Shown one piece after another: positions 9,080-18,721 of a stretch of DNA of 64,000 nucleotides (position 1 is its first letter; every line of letters begins with the position of its first letter). Where the stretch lies: contig JAOAFA010000087.1 in NCBI GenBank assembly GCA_026416535.1, positions 5,438 through 69,437 of the forward strand. Direction: 5' to 3'. Below the pieces are notes generated by a model. The model did not search any database. It was not told the DNA's origin and worked only from the letters and a program-made list of their open reading frames with translations. Position numbers and translations under genes: made by a program. The DNA comes from Deltaproteobacteria bacterium. GTDB taxonomy: Bacteria > Myxococcota > SpSt-1050.

Positions 9080-9859
9080 ATGGAGTTTAAGGATTTTAGC
9101 GATTTTTTGAAGACAGTGGAAGGTCTAGATTCTGAAGGTAAGGAATTCGTGATTTGTACCGTTGTTGATAGTACCGGCTCATCACCTCAAAAGGCCGGTT
9201 CGAAGATGGTAGTAACTTGTGATGATAGATGCTTTGGGACAGTAGGTGGGGGTGTAGTGGAGTCGGAGGTGATTAACCGAGCCAAAATGATGTTAAAAGA
9301 GAAGACTCCTCCCCAGGTAATAAGGTTTGATTTAAATAACTTTGATGTAGGTGTGTGTGGTGGTTCTATGTCTATTTTTTTAGAGGGTATTTATTCGAAT
9401 AAAGAGGTACTGATCTTTGGTGCGGGGCATGTTGCTGAGGCTGTATGTGATATATTGAGTAAGTTAAGCTATAGAATTACTGTCTTTGACAATAGGAGTG
9501 AGAGATTAAATCTTCCCGTATTTAAGAATTGTGAAAGGATATGTGCTGAGTATTCTGATTTAAAGAATCATGTCAAGATTACCACAAATACAGACATACT
9601 CATCATGACACCAAATCATGAATATGATTTTTTAGTAGTTAAGGAGGTATTAAAGGAGAATTATGGTTCTATCGGAGTTTTAGGTTCACATAAGAAAAGA
9701 TTGGAATTGCATGAATACTTGAAGAATCATGGATTTGCAACTAATGAGATAGATAGAATAAGGATTCCAGTTGGGCTTGATATCGGTTCAAAAAATCCTT
9801 ATGAGATAGCTATATCGATTATAGCCGAGCTTATTAAGATGAGATCAAGAGAAAGATGA
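9080..9859 (+). CDS. XdhC/CoxI family molybdenum hydroxylase accessory protein
   Basis: GSSPQKAGSKM, GTVGGG, CGG, IFGAGHV, PVGLDIG...PYEIAISIIAE. Confidence 0.88.
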   Translation: MEFKDFSDFLKTVEGLDSEGKEFVICTVVDSTGSSPQKAGSKMVVTCDDRCFGTVGGGVVESEVINRAKMMLKEKTPPQVIRFDLNNFDVGVCGGSMSIFLEGIYSNKEVLIFGAGHVAEAVCDILSKLSYRITVFDNRSERLNLPVFKNCERICAEYSDLKNHVKITTNTDILIMTPNHEYDFLVVKEVLKENYGSIGVLGSHKKRLELHEYLKNHGFATNEIDRIRIPVGLDIGSKNPYEIAISIIAELIKMRSRER

Positions 9860-10428
9860 ATCTTTCGGCAATAATACTCGCTGCTGGTGAGGGGAGAAGA
9901 ATTGGTGTTCCCAAAGCAATTTTAAAAATTGGTACTTCTTTTCTGGCAGATATCCAGTATGAGTTTTTGAGTTGTTGCAAATTTCAAAAGATTGTAATTG
10001 TAATTGGGGCAGAGGCGGCTGTAGTTAAAGAGTGTCTTAAATATTCTAAGTATGCCGTAGTGAATAGTAACTATCATTTAGGGCAGTTCTCTTCTCTGAT
10101 AAAAGGTATTTGTTCGGTGGATTCCTGTAGAGGTGTTTTAGTGCTCCCTGTGGATGTCTATCCATTGGAGAAATTAGTGTTGGATCGGTTAGTTAATGAG
10201 GTTGATGAATCCTTTGATGCCGTAGTACCTGTAAATTATGGTAGAAGGGGGCATCCTGTAATATTATTAGATAGGTTGGTCCGGAGACTAGCAAAGTATG
10301 ATGTAAAGGACTCGAGGTTGGATTTTATATTAAGAGAATGTAGGGTAAAAGAGGTTTATGTAAACAGTAAGTCGATTTTCTATAATATTAACACCTTAGA
10401 TAATTTAGAGAAATTGAATATCTCCTAG
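9856..10428 (+). CDS. MocA/MobA-like nucleotidyltransferase
   Basis: IILAAGEGRRIG.PK, GQFSS, GRRGHPV, NINT; ATGA overlap with the xdhC-like gene. Confidence 0.82.
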   Translation: MNLSAIILAAGEGRRIGVPKAILKIGTSFLADIQYEFLSCCKFQKIVIVIGAEAAVVKECLKYSKYAVVNSNYHLGQFSSLIKGICSVDSCRGVLVLPVDVYPLEKLVLDRLVNEVDESFDAVVPVNYGRRGHPVILLDRLVRRLAKYDVKDSRLDFILRECRVKEVYVNSKSIFYNINTLDNLEKLNIS

Positions 10429-10553
10429 GTACAAGATAGAGGAAAATGGATTTTGAAGGTGATGTATTATGTTTAAAATAAAGTATAAAAAATGTATTTA
10501 CAAATAATGTATTATATAGTATATGGCAAGTGATTAAAGGTGAGGAGAGAGAA

Positions 10554-10757
10554 ATGATAGAAAGTAAAGATGATGAGAAGTATATTCGTGTCTCGCTAAA
10601 GATAGCGCTTAGATTAAAAAAGGAACCTAATTTGGAACTTGAAGCATTAATTGAGGAGGAGGCAATTAAAAACTCATTGGATAGGCATAAACTAGCCAGA
10701 TACTTTGCTCAGAATCAGCAGGTATGGATAGGTTCAAGTAAATGTCATGAAAAATAA
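10554..10757 (+). CDS. Small hypothetical protein
   Basis: SD GAGGAG before ATG; helical charged sequence. Confidence 0.55.
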   Translation: MIESKDDEKYIRVSLKIALRLKKEPNLELEALIEEEAIKNSLDRHKLARYFAQNQQVWIGSSKCHEK

Positions 10758-10774
10758 AGAAGGTTATTGTTACT

Positions 10775-12022
10775 TTGGTAGATGACTTTAACACATTAGA
10801 GACATATAGAGACCACATCTCAGTTGCTCCTATCCCGAGAATAAAGAGATTAAGAGATCGTGAGGTAAGTAGAAGGGTGGCTTGCTCATTAAAAGGCTTT
10901 TTAGGGTCACTAACTAGAAAGATAAGGGCAACAGTATGTGTCACTGATAATACAAGACCGTTCCCTGAAAAAAAGATTCTACCTTTGATTTTAGATATTA
11001 TGGAAGATTCGGGAGTAAAGAGGGGGAATATAACAATAGTTGTTGCTACAGGCCTTCATAGGCACCTTACAAAGGATGAACTCATCTCCAAGTTTGGTAG
11101 ATATGTGTTTAAAAATTATAATATTATACAAAATGATCCCCATGAATCAGTGGGTATAAGGAAAAAATTGTATGTGAACAGAGCGTTATGCGAATCTGAT
11201 TTCATAGTAGGCTTGGGTGTATTTGAACCTCATCAGTATGCAGGCTTCTCTGGTGGAAACAAGATCTTTATAATTGGTTGTGGGGGTCGACAAACAATAG
11301 ACTACACCCACTCTCCGAAGATGATATTGAGAAGAGGGGTTAGGTTAGGAAATACGACTAATAATCCGTTTAGAAACTTTATAGAAAATTCAGCGAATTA
11401 TCTACCTCCTAGATGGATATTGAATGTCGTCTTAAATGATGATGGTGACATTATATGCTTTAGCTCCGGAGAACCTAGTGAGGTATTTAATTCCCTTTAC
11501 GAATGGTATAAGGAGAATCTTGTCTTTAGTTTTAAAGAGAGATTTGATGCAGCGTTTGTAGTTTTGGACAGACATAAAGGCGTGAATTTGTATCAGGCCT
11601 CAAGAGGTGCAACCTACTTGGCCTTGTCTAGATCCCCTATTATTAAGAAGGGTTCTCCTATAATTATTTCAGCAAAGCTTGAAGAAGGTTTTGGTACTGG
11701 AGATGGAGAGAAAGAATTCCAGAGGATTTTACTTTCAAATATTAGAAATAGTGAATTGCTGGAGAGACTCAAAAGAGAGGATATAAGGGGTGGTGGCCAG
11801 AGAGCCGTCATGCTACTTTATACCCTTTTAAATCATCCTGTAATTTTTACGGGGTTCAAAAGAGATATAAAATTTCAGAGAGAGAATATCTATTTTATAC
11901 CGGTTATAAGTGATGCGGTGAGAAAAGTTATCTCTGATTTTGGTTGCAGAAAGATAGTTTACGTAAAAAATCCCTTTTTGGGACTTTTTTGTTTTTCAGA
12001 GGGTAAAAAGGGCGAAAATTAA
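10775..12022 (+). CDS. LarA-family (nickel-pincer lactate racemase-like) protein
   Basis: DNTRP, ATGLHR, PHQYAGFSGGNK, THS and NLYQA motifs; start codon uncertain. Confidence 0.8.
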   Translation: MVDDFNTLETYRDHISVAPIPRIKRLRDREVSRRVACSLKGFLGSLTRKIRATVCVTDNTRPFPEKKILPLILDIMEDSGVKRGNITIVVATGLHRHLTKDELISKFGRYVFKNYNIIQNDPHESVGIRKKLYVNRALCESDFIVGLGVFEPHQYAGFSGGNKIFIIGCGGRQTIDYTHSPKMILRRGVRLGNTTNNPFRNFIENSANYLPPRWILNVVLNDDGDIICFSSGEPSEVFNSLYEWYKENLVFSFKERFDAAFVVLDRHKGVNLYQASRGATYLALSRSPIIKKGSPIIISAKLEEGFGTGDGEKEFQRILLSNIRNSELLERLKREDIRGGGQRAVMLLYTLLNHPVIFTGFKRDIKFQRENIYFIPVISDAVRKVISDFGCRKIVYVKNPFLGLFCFSEGKKGEN

Positions 12023-12083
12023 CATTTTTGTTGCATTTTCGCTCTTATGTGTGTATATTCATCTCTAACAAAGGAGGGCAAAG

Positions 12084-12386
12084 ATGCCAAAGAAAGTAGC
12101 AAAGAAAGCAAAACCAGCAAAGGTAAAGTCGAAGAGAAAACCAAATCCAGAATTTATGAAGCCGATGCAGCCGTCAGAGGCGCTCGCAAAGATCGTCGGT
12201 TCAAAACCACTTCCAAGGACAGAAGTTGTGAAGAAGGTTTGGGCCTACATCAAAAAGAACGGGCTTCAAGACAAGGAGAACAAGAGACAGATTAATGCAG
12301 ATGAAAATCTCAAAGTGATTTTTGGAGGCAAGAAGTCTGTTACAATGTTTGAGATGACAAAGCTCGTAAACAAACACTTAAAGTAA
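12084..12386 (+). CDS. SWIB/MDM2 domain protein with Lys-rich N-terminus
   Basis: RTEVVKKVWAYIKKNGLQD...INADE.LK..FGG...MFEMTKLVNKHL; SD AAGGAGG. Confidence 0.92.
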   Translation: MPKKVAKKAKPAKVKSKRKPNPEFMKPMQPSEALAKIVGSKPLPRTEVVKKVWAYIKKNGLQDKENKRQINADENLKVIFGGKKSVTMFEMTKLVNKHLK

Positions 12387-12408
12387 TTTTTGACGTGGTA
12401 AAGTATTT

Positions 12409-12440
12409 AGCCCACAGGGAATCTGTGGGCTTTTTTATTT
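12409..12440 (+). terminator. Intrinsic terminator
   Basis: AGCCCACAG-loop-CTGTGGGCT followed by T-run. Confidence 0.8.
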
Positions 12441-12453
12441 TAAAATTACTCAG

Positions 12454-13029
12454 TTACTCAGCAACACTAAAATCAGAATAAGCTGCGTCAGGCGGTTCTG
12501 GAGGGAATTCTTCTATGATATATTTGACAAATTTTCCCTTGATACAAGGAAGTAGTTCTTTGGGGGCCTGTCTAAGTTCTTTTAAGGGGGGTATAATGTA
12601 CCTTTTTTGCTTTGGGGGATATGTGGTGTGTAAATCTCCCCTTTTATCTGTTTCCATAATATATGTACCGCCATTGTTGGAATATATAAGAATGTATCTA
12701 AAATTTATGCTATCCCAATTATATATAATCTTAATATATTGTCTCGGTTTTAATCTTATATTGTGTGCAGTTCCTCTTGGAATAGCAGGAAATGACTTGT
12801 TGGTATACCTTGGTAAAGGACCGTATTTTCCACTTGATTCTAACATTCCTATTGGTGTTATCCATATCTTTTCACCACTAGCGTTTATAATTTCAATCTC
12901 CTCGAGATAGGCTATTCTGAGTGGGTTTAGATAATTAAGAAGCACAACCATGAGTAAAAAGATGAAAGGGGATGCTATTAAAAAGCCAAGCAAAAAATAG
13001 AATTTGGTTTCATAGCTTATAGATCTCAT
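12454..13029 (-). CDS. Hypothetical protein with N-terminal TM anchor
   Basis: 191 aa ORF, single hydrophobic segment, no recognised motif. Confidence 0.6.
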   Translation of the reverse strand: MRSISYETKFYFLLGFLIASPFIFLLMVVLLNYLNPLRIAYLEEIEIINASGEKIWITPIGMLESSGKYGPLPRYTNKSFPAIPRGTAHNIRLKPRQYIKIIYNWDSINFRYILIYSNNGGTYIMETDKRGDLHTTYPPKQKRYIIPPLKELRQAPKELLPCIKGKFVKYIIEEFPPEPPDAAYSDFSVAE

Positions 13030-13155
13030 GAATAAAGATTTAAATCATAAAGATTGCAAAAAGTAAAGAAACAATTGGTTCATAAAAGTATTTATGTTGA
13101 CAAAAACTATAAAACAAAATAGAAATATTTAGTTTTACAATGTGTGGAGGTATAT

Positions 13156-13737
13156 ATGCTTTCGAAGGAGAATATTTTGGCGTTTGCATCAAATTTGTTT
13201 TGGAGATATGGACCCAAAAAGACTACGATGGATGATGTGGCAAGGACGTGTCGTATAGGCAAAGCGACATTGTATAAGTTTTTTAAGAATAAGGATGAAC
13301 TTTATAAAGAGATTTTAAGGGATGAGATGAATAAAATATTTTGTGAGATTGAGTCTCGGTTAAAGGATTTAAAGGGTGTTCGGGAAAAGCTTAGGATGCT
13401 TTTTGAAACAGAATACTTTTTTTTTAAGGGAAATATTAATCTATCTGAGGTACTTGTTGGTACAGTTGAGGATTATGACAGAGATATAAAGTCTATTACA
13501 GATGAGTTCTATGATAGGCAGAGAAAGCTTATTAAGTCTATTTTGCACGAGGGTGTCCTTAAAAAAGAGATAATTGTGGAGGATGTATCATTGCTCTCGC
13601 TCGCTATGATGGCAGCAGGCCAAGGATTGTTTGGTTATTTTAAGCATTTGAGTGATGAGAGAAAGGCAATAAAATCTATAAGATATCTTATTGATACATT
13701 GTTTTTTGGGATAGAAGCAGGGAAGGGGAGTATATGA
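13156..13737 (+). CDS. TetR/AcrR family transcriptional regulator
   Basis: YGPKKTTMDDVARTCRIGKATLYKFFKNKDEL HTH; SD GGAGG. Confidence 0.9.
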   Translation: MLSKENILAFASNLFWRYGPKKTTMDDVARTCRIGKATLYKFFKNKDELYKEILRDEMNKIFCEIESRLKDLKGVREKLRMLFETEYFFFKGNINLSEVLVGTVEDYDRDIKSITDEFYDRQRKLIKSILHEGVLKKEIIVEDVSLLSLAMMAAGQGLFGYFKHLSDERKAIKSIRYLIDTLFFGIEAGKGSI

Positions 13738-16604
13738 TTAAGAGAATAATAGAGTTTTATTGGCGGTTTAGATATGTATGTATACTATTAATGGTTGTCC
13801 TTGTGACAACATCGGTAGTGTGCATTAAAGATTTGGTAGTTGAAGGTGATATACTTGAGTATATGCCTCCTGAACATAAGGATGTTAGACTTTTTAAGGA
13901 GATAGGGAATAAATATCTTTCAAATTACTTTATTATGCTTAGTATTGAGGCTGCTGTAGATAATGGTGTATTTGAGAAAGATTATCTTAAAAGTATAGCT
14001 AAGTTAACTAAGGCGCTTAGAGATATTGAAGGGGTATCATCTGTTATTAGTATAACTAATATAATGGATATCAAAAAAATTGAAGATGGCATAGAGGTTA
14101 GTAGTCTTATAGAGGAGGAAGAGATTGAGCGGATGTCGGATTTTGATATCTTGCAACTTAAGGAGTATGTCCTCAATAATGAGAGATATGTTAATCATAT
14201 TGTTTCCTCGAATGGTAGGTATTCGCAGATTATTATAAGACCGTCGCAAGGTTCAGATAGAGCGAAAGTTGTTAATATGGTAGAGGAGGTGTGTAATAAC
14301 CTTCTAAAGGATACTGGTTTAAAATTTTATGCTGGAGGTTGGCCTGTTGCCATTCGTGATACCAATAATGCTACTATGGGAGATCTTAAAAAATTAACGC
14401 CTATAGTAATTATAATTTCAATGATAGTTTTGTTCTTGGGATTTAGGACGGTTAGAGGGGTTGTCTTACCAATATTTGTAGTGATTGTGGCAAATTTGTT
14501 TACATTTGCTATTATGGCGCTTTTAAAAAAACCAGTAACACTAGGTACTAGTGCAATTCCTGTTATACTTGTATCTACAGGGACGGCCTACGCAATTCAT
14601 ATAATAAATCAGTATTATTTTCATGCATCAAAATCACTATCAAAAGGGGAAGTGATATTACATGCAATAACAGACAAGTGGAAGGCAGTTTTTTTATCGG
14701 CACTTACAACAATGGCAGGATTTGTGACTCTTATGACAGCGACTCTTACTACTGTTGTTGATCTTGGGTTTTTTATGACATTGGGGATATTTCTTTCATT
14801 TTTGCTTGCGATCTTTATTGTGCCTTTAATACTTTATATGTTGCCTATAAAACAGGCAAGGAAGGTCTTGTCAGAAGAAGAGGCGCTGAGTTACACCCAT
14901 GGTATATTCCTTCCAATCGCTGAGAAATTTGTCCTCTTTCATTCTAAAAAGGTTATTTTAGGTTTTGGTGTTTTGACTATAATTTTGATACCTACTTTGT
15001 TTAATCTTACTGCCGATGTTAATCCTATAAACTATTTTAAGGAGGATGCAGCGATCAGGAAGTCAGAACAGCTCCTTGTCGATCACTTTGGAGGGGCTGT
15101 CCCGGTCTTTGTGCTGGTAAAAGGTGATGTAAAAGACCCTCGTGTTATGTATTTCACAGAATATGTTGAGAGAGAAGTTGAGGCTATAGAGAACATAGGA
15201 AGCGCTCAGTCTGTGGCTTCAATAATTGCCGACCTAAATTATAATTTGATAAACTACTATAATATTCCTGATACTGCAGGTAAAATAGGTAATTTGTGGT
15301 TTTTTGTAGAAGGTAATGAATACCTCAACCAATATGTAACTCAGGAGATGGATGAGTCCATCGTTTTAGCTAGAATAGAGTCGTTGCAGAAGTCTCAAGT
15401 AACGTATGCGAATCGGGCTATGAGGGAACTCCTAAGTAAAATTCCGAGTGAATATAAAATTGTTGATAAAAGAGAATTGTCAATCGGCGAGAGGAATGGA
15501 GTAATTGAATATCAAAAATCTCATATATTAAAAAGAATTCAGACGGAGTTGAGTATAGCAAGGGTGAAGGTGGATGAAAAGGTTGTCAAGGATTTAGTTG
15601 AAAAGGTGGTAATGTTAGGTAAGGTGGAAGGTGGAAGTCTCCCTTATGAATTGTGTTTGCAATTTCACAATGAGTTAAAATCGAGAATTAAGAAGATTAG
15701 ATCTGATTTTGGAATAGATGTGATTCTCGAAGAGCAGGATGGGGACGAAATGTGTGCATTGGATGTATTAAATAGATTGAGTTTAGTTTCAGAGAAGGTT
15801 CTTCTTGAAGACGATGAGGTTGAGGAACAGTTAAAGACAGAGTGGAATGAATTTAAAGATTCAATGAAGAGTTATCATAGTTCGTTGTATTTAAAGCATC
15901 TTGTGAACTCGACATTTTCGAGTTATGGGATAAAGAGTTCTTCATTGAAACATATGGAAGGATTATTAGGATTATTGTTGAACGATAATATCATAATAGG
16001 GAGTGATTATGAAGGATTTTCATCTCTTAGAGATGAGTCATTGAAGATAGTTACTGAGTATGGGGGATTGGGGCCTATTTTAGCAATGCTTGACGAAAAT
16101 CTTATGAAGAATCAAATCACATCAATAATAATTGCTTTATTGCTTGTATTTGTCTTAATGTTTTATCTCACACGCTCATTCTTGATAGGTTTAGTGTCAA
16201 TGATCCCAATTTGTTTCACGCTACTCGTGGATTTCTCAATAATGTCAATATTTGGGATCGCAATAGATGATGTCACTATAGTTATTGCTTCTATATTGAT
16301 TGGAGTAGGAATAGATTATACTATTCATATTATTACAGGATTGAAGTTGGGATATGAGAAGTATTCTGATGATGATAAGGCTATCTCTTTTGCAATTAGG
16401 GTTATTGGTAGGGCAGTATTTCTGAATACCTTTGCTGTGGCTCTTGGATTTATTGCACTTCTGTTTGGAGATTTTCTACCTCTGAGGAGTATGGGTATAT
16501 TAACAGCTGTAACTATGTTTATAGCTGCTTTTTCTGCTGTCATACTTATTCCATCGTTTGTTAAATCTTATAAAAAGTTTAACATCAAGGAGGTTAAGTT
16601 ATGA
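13734..16604 (+). CDS. MMPL/RND family transporter
   Basis: Two RND halves; TGTAYAIHI and GVGIDYTIHI motifs; about 12 TM helices. Confidence 0.9.
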   Translation: MIKRIIEFYWRFRYVCILLMVVLVTTSVVCIKDLVVEGDILEYMPPEHKDVRLFKEIGNKYLSNYFIMLSIEAAVDNGVFEKDYLKSIAKLTKALRDIEGVSSVISITNIMDIKKIEDGIEVSSLIEEEEIERMSDFDILQLKEYVLNNERYVNHIVSSNGRYSQIIIRPSQGSDRAKVVNMVEEVCNNLLKDTGLKFYAGGWPVAIRDTNNATMGDLKKLTPIVIIISMIVLFLGFRTVRGVVLPIFVVIVANLFTFAIMALLKKPVTLGTSAIPVILVSTGTAYAIHIINQYYFHASKSLSKGEVILHAITDKWKAVFLSALTTMAGFVTLMTATLTTVVDLGFFMTLGIFLSFLLAIFIVPLILYMLPIKQARKVLSEEEALSYTHGIFLPIAEKFVLFHSKKVILGFGVLTIILIPTLFNLTADVNPINYFKEDAAIRKSEQLLVDHFGGAVPVFVLVKGDVKDPRVMYFTEYVEREVEAIENIGSAQSVASIIADLNYNLINYYNIPDTAGKIGNLWFFVEGNEYLNQYVTQEMDESIVLARIESLQKSQVTYANRAMRELLSKIPSEYKIVDKRELSIGERNGVIEYQKSHILKRIQTELSIARVKVDEKVVKDLVEKVVMLGKVEGGSLPYELCLQFHNELKSRIKKIRSDFGIDVILEEQDGDEMCALDVLNRLSLVSEKVLLEDDEVEEQLKTEWNEFKDSMKSYHSSLYLKHLVNSTFSSYGIKSSSLKHMEGLLGLLLNDNIIIGSDYEGFSSLRDESLKIVTEYGGLGPILAMLDENLMKNQITSIIIALLLVFVLMFYLTRSFLIGLVSMIPICFTLLVDFSIMSIFGIAIDDVTIVIASILIGVGIDYTIHIITGLKLGYEKYSDDDKAISFAIRVIGRAVFLNTFAVALGFIALLFGDFLPLRSMGILTAVTMFIAAFSAVILIPSFVKSYKKFNIKEVKL

Positions 16605-17326
16605 GGAGATTTTGTTTTTTTATTTGTGTATTTCTAGTGTCTTCTCTTACGTTGAACGCTGAGACGGCTCAGGATGTTTTAAAGAAGATTGAGGCAAGAC
16701 AGAATGAGGCCATGGATGCCGAAATTCAGGTAAGGATTACAACAATCGAAAAGAATGGAACCAAGAAGGTAAGAGAGGGGGTTATTTATCAAAAAGGTGA
16801 AGATAAGAGGGTATTTAAATTTACATCACCTGCTGATATAAAGGGACTCTCAGTGCTTTCTACTGGAAAGGATACAAAGTATATCTATTTACCAGAATTT
16901 AAGAAGGTGAGGCGAATAGCCGGGCACATAAAAAATCAATCTTTTGGAGGGACTGATTTTACAAATGATGAGATATCCTCTACAAGGTATTCAGATGACT
17001 ATGAAGCAGTTGAATTAAGGGAGGGACCTGATACTAAGGTAATAACCCTTAAAAAAAGGGAAGGTAGTGATAGAGAGTATGATAAAATTGTAGCTGAGGT
17101 AACTTCTGACTATGTTATTAAAAGAGCAGAGATGTATAAGAATAATAAGGTCATAAAGGTGCTGGATGTTACTAATATCAACAAACATGGCAAATATATT
17201 ATTGGAGAGAAGATGATTATGAGGGATTTGACAAAAAACCGTTCTACTGAGATGGAGATGATAAAGATAGAGTTTGATAAGGGTCTGAGTGATGAGATCT
17301 TCTCTGAGAGGTTTCTCAAAAAATAA
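16601..17326 (+). CDS. Outer-membrane lipoprotein-sorting (LolA-like) periplasmic protein
   Basis: Signal peptide; FTSPADIKG, YLPEFKKVRRI, SFGGTDF, IFSERFL motifs. Confidence 0.85.
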   Translation: MRRFCFFICVFLVSSLTLNAETAQDVLKKIEARQNEAMDAEIQVRITTIEKNGTKKVREGVIYQKGEDKRVFKFTSPADIKGLSVLSTGKDTKYIYLPEFKKVRRIAGHIKNQSFGGTDFTNDEISSTRYSDDYEAVELREGPDTKVITLKKREGSDREYDKIVAEVTSDYVIKRAEMYKNNKVIKVLDVTNINKHGKYIIGEKMIMRDLTKNRSTEMEMIKIEFDKGLSDEIFSERFLKK

Positions 17327-17341
17327 TTGTGCGGAGGTTAC

Positions 17342-18721
17342 ATGAGGGTTAAGTTTCTTGTTTGCTTCTCAATATTGGTTGTGCCTCAGATTCTCTCCTC
17401 TGAAGAGAAATTGAGGTTCTCTGGTGATATAAGGAGTAATCTGTATGTTGGTCTTATATATGGAGATATTTACAATTATTTTAATTCAAATATGGTAACC
17501 CTTAAAGGTGAGGCTAAGCCTAATGATAGTATTAGTGGTGGTTTTGAAATAAGATTGAGGAATGAAAATATAGCTGATTTAGACAGGTTGGACGAGTTAA
17601 AGTATAGGAGATATGTTGAGCCTGTTTCATGGCAATTTTATGAGGCATTTATGCAATTCAATGCAATATTTATGAAAGAATTAGACATAAAAGTTGGTAA
17701 ACAAAGAATATCCTGGGGGACAGCTGATGGATTCAATCCAACTGATAATTTCTCTCCTTTAGACTTGGAAGATCCACTTGATTTTAAGAATAAATTATCA
17801 GTTTGGGCACTTAGTGCAAATTTTTACTACTCCAGATTTGACTTACAACTTGTCTTGCAGCCGCTCTTTGAACCAGCACTCCTCCCAAATATAAATCTAT
17901 TTGCAACGGAATCAAATGTGGTGGTAGACCAATACAAAGATAGAGTTTTAGAGCCTGAACTTATTCTTCCAGAGTTTAGAATAAAGAATTCTATCTACGG
18001 TGCAAGGCTTAAGTATAAGGGAGAAATTTTTGATGTGTCAGCGTCATATTTTCATGGTTATTTAGGCATACCCGTATTAAGGGAGGTGAAGATAGAGACT
18101 GGTGGATTTGCCCTAAAGTCAATAACACCCGTGTTATTTTATCCGACCCAGGATGTATTGGGACTTGATATGGCTGTCGACATTTTTGACATAGGAATAT
18201 TTGGGGAGATGGCATATATAATCCCTGAGAGGGTAGAGCCTCTTTACTATGTAAATGGGCATAAACTGGATGAACAAAGTAAAAGGGCATTTGGAATTAA
18301 TAAGAATATCCTTTCTGTTGAAGATAAACATTATTTGAAATTTGCCGTAGGTCTTGATTATACATTTAAAGGGGGATACTACATAAACGTTCAGTTCGTG
18401 AGGGGATTTTTTAATGAGGTTTCATATTCATCGCTTAATAATTATCTCTTTGCATATCTTAAAAAGGATTTTTTTGATTCAACATTTAATATACAACCCT
18501 CTTTTGGGATAGAGTTTGACTCGGATAGTGATGAGAAATTTGGAGGAGAGGAGATAAGAGGGGAAAAGGCGATCATCTTGTCGCTTGAGGCTACATACTT
18601 TCCATTTAGTAATGGCAAAATTACAATTGGTGGAGCAGTAGCTAGGGGAGATAGAGGAAGCAATCTAGAGATGTTTGAAAAATTAGACCAAATGTACCTA
18701 AAATTTAGGATGGATTTTTAA
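17342..18721 (+). CDS. Putative outer-membrane beta-barrel protein (DUF1302-like)
   Basis: Signal peptide; VGKQRISWG.ADGFNPTD; amphipathic beta strands; C-terminal Phe. Confidence 0.7.
   Translation: MRVKFLVCFSILVVPQILSSEEKLRFSGDIRSNLYVGLIYGDIYNYFNSNMVTLKGEAKPNDSISGGFEIRLRNENIADLDRLDELKYRRYVEPVSWQFYEAFMQFNAIFMKELDIKVGKQRISWGTADGFNPTDNFSPLDLEDPLDFKNKLSVWALSANFYYSRFDLQLVLQPLFEPALLPNINLFATESNVVVDQYKDRVLEPELILPEFRIKNSIYGARLKYKGEIFDVSASYFHGYLGIPVLREVKIETGGFALKSITPVLFYPTQDVLGLDMAVDIFDIGIFGEMAYIIPERVEPLYYVNGHKLDEQSKRAFGINKNILSVEDKHYLKFAVGLDYTFKGGYYINVQFVRGFFNEVSYSSLNNYLFAYLKKDFFDSTFNIQPSFGIEFDSDSDEKFGGEEIRGEKAIILSLEATYFPFSNGKITIGGAVARGDRGSNLEMFEKLDQMYLKFRMDF

Noticed and set aside
10455..10482. dif-like TTATGTT..AAAT sequence
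   Set aside because: Imperfect XerD arm and no XerC arm; AT-rich promoter context
12047..12295. 82-aa ORF overlapping the SWIB gene
   Set aside because: Alternative frame of a well-supported gene
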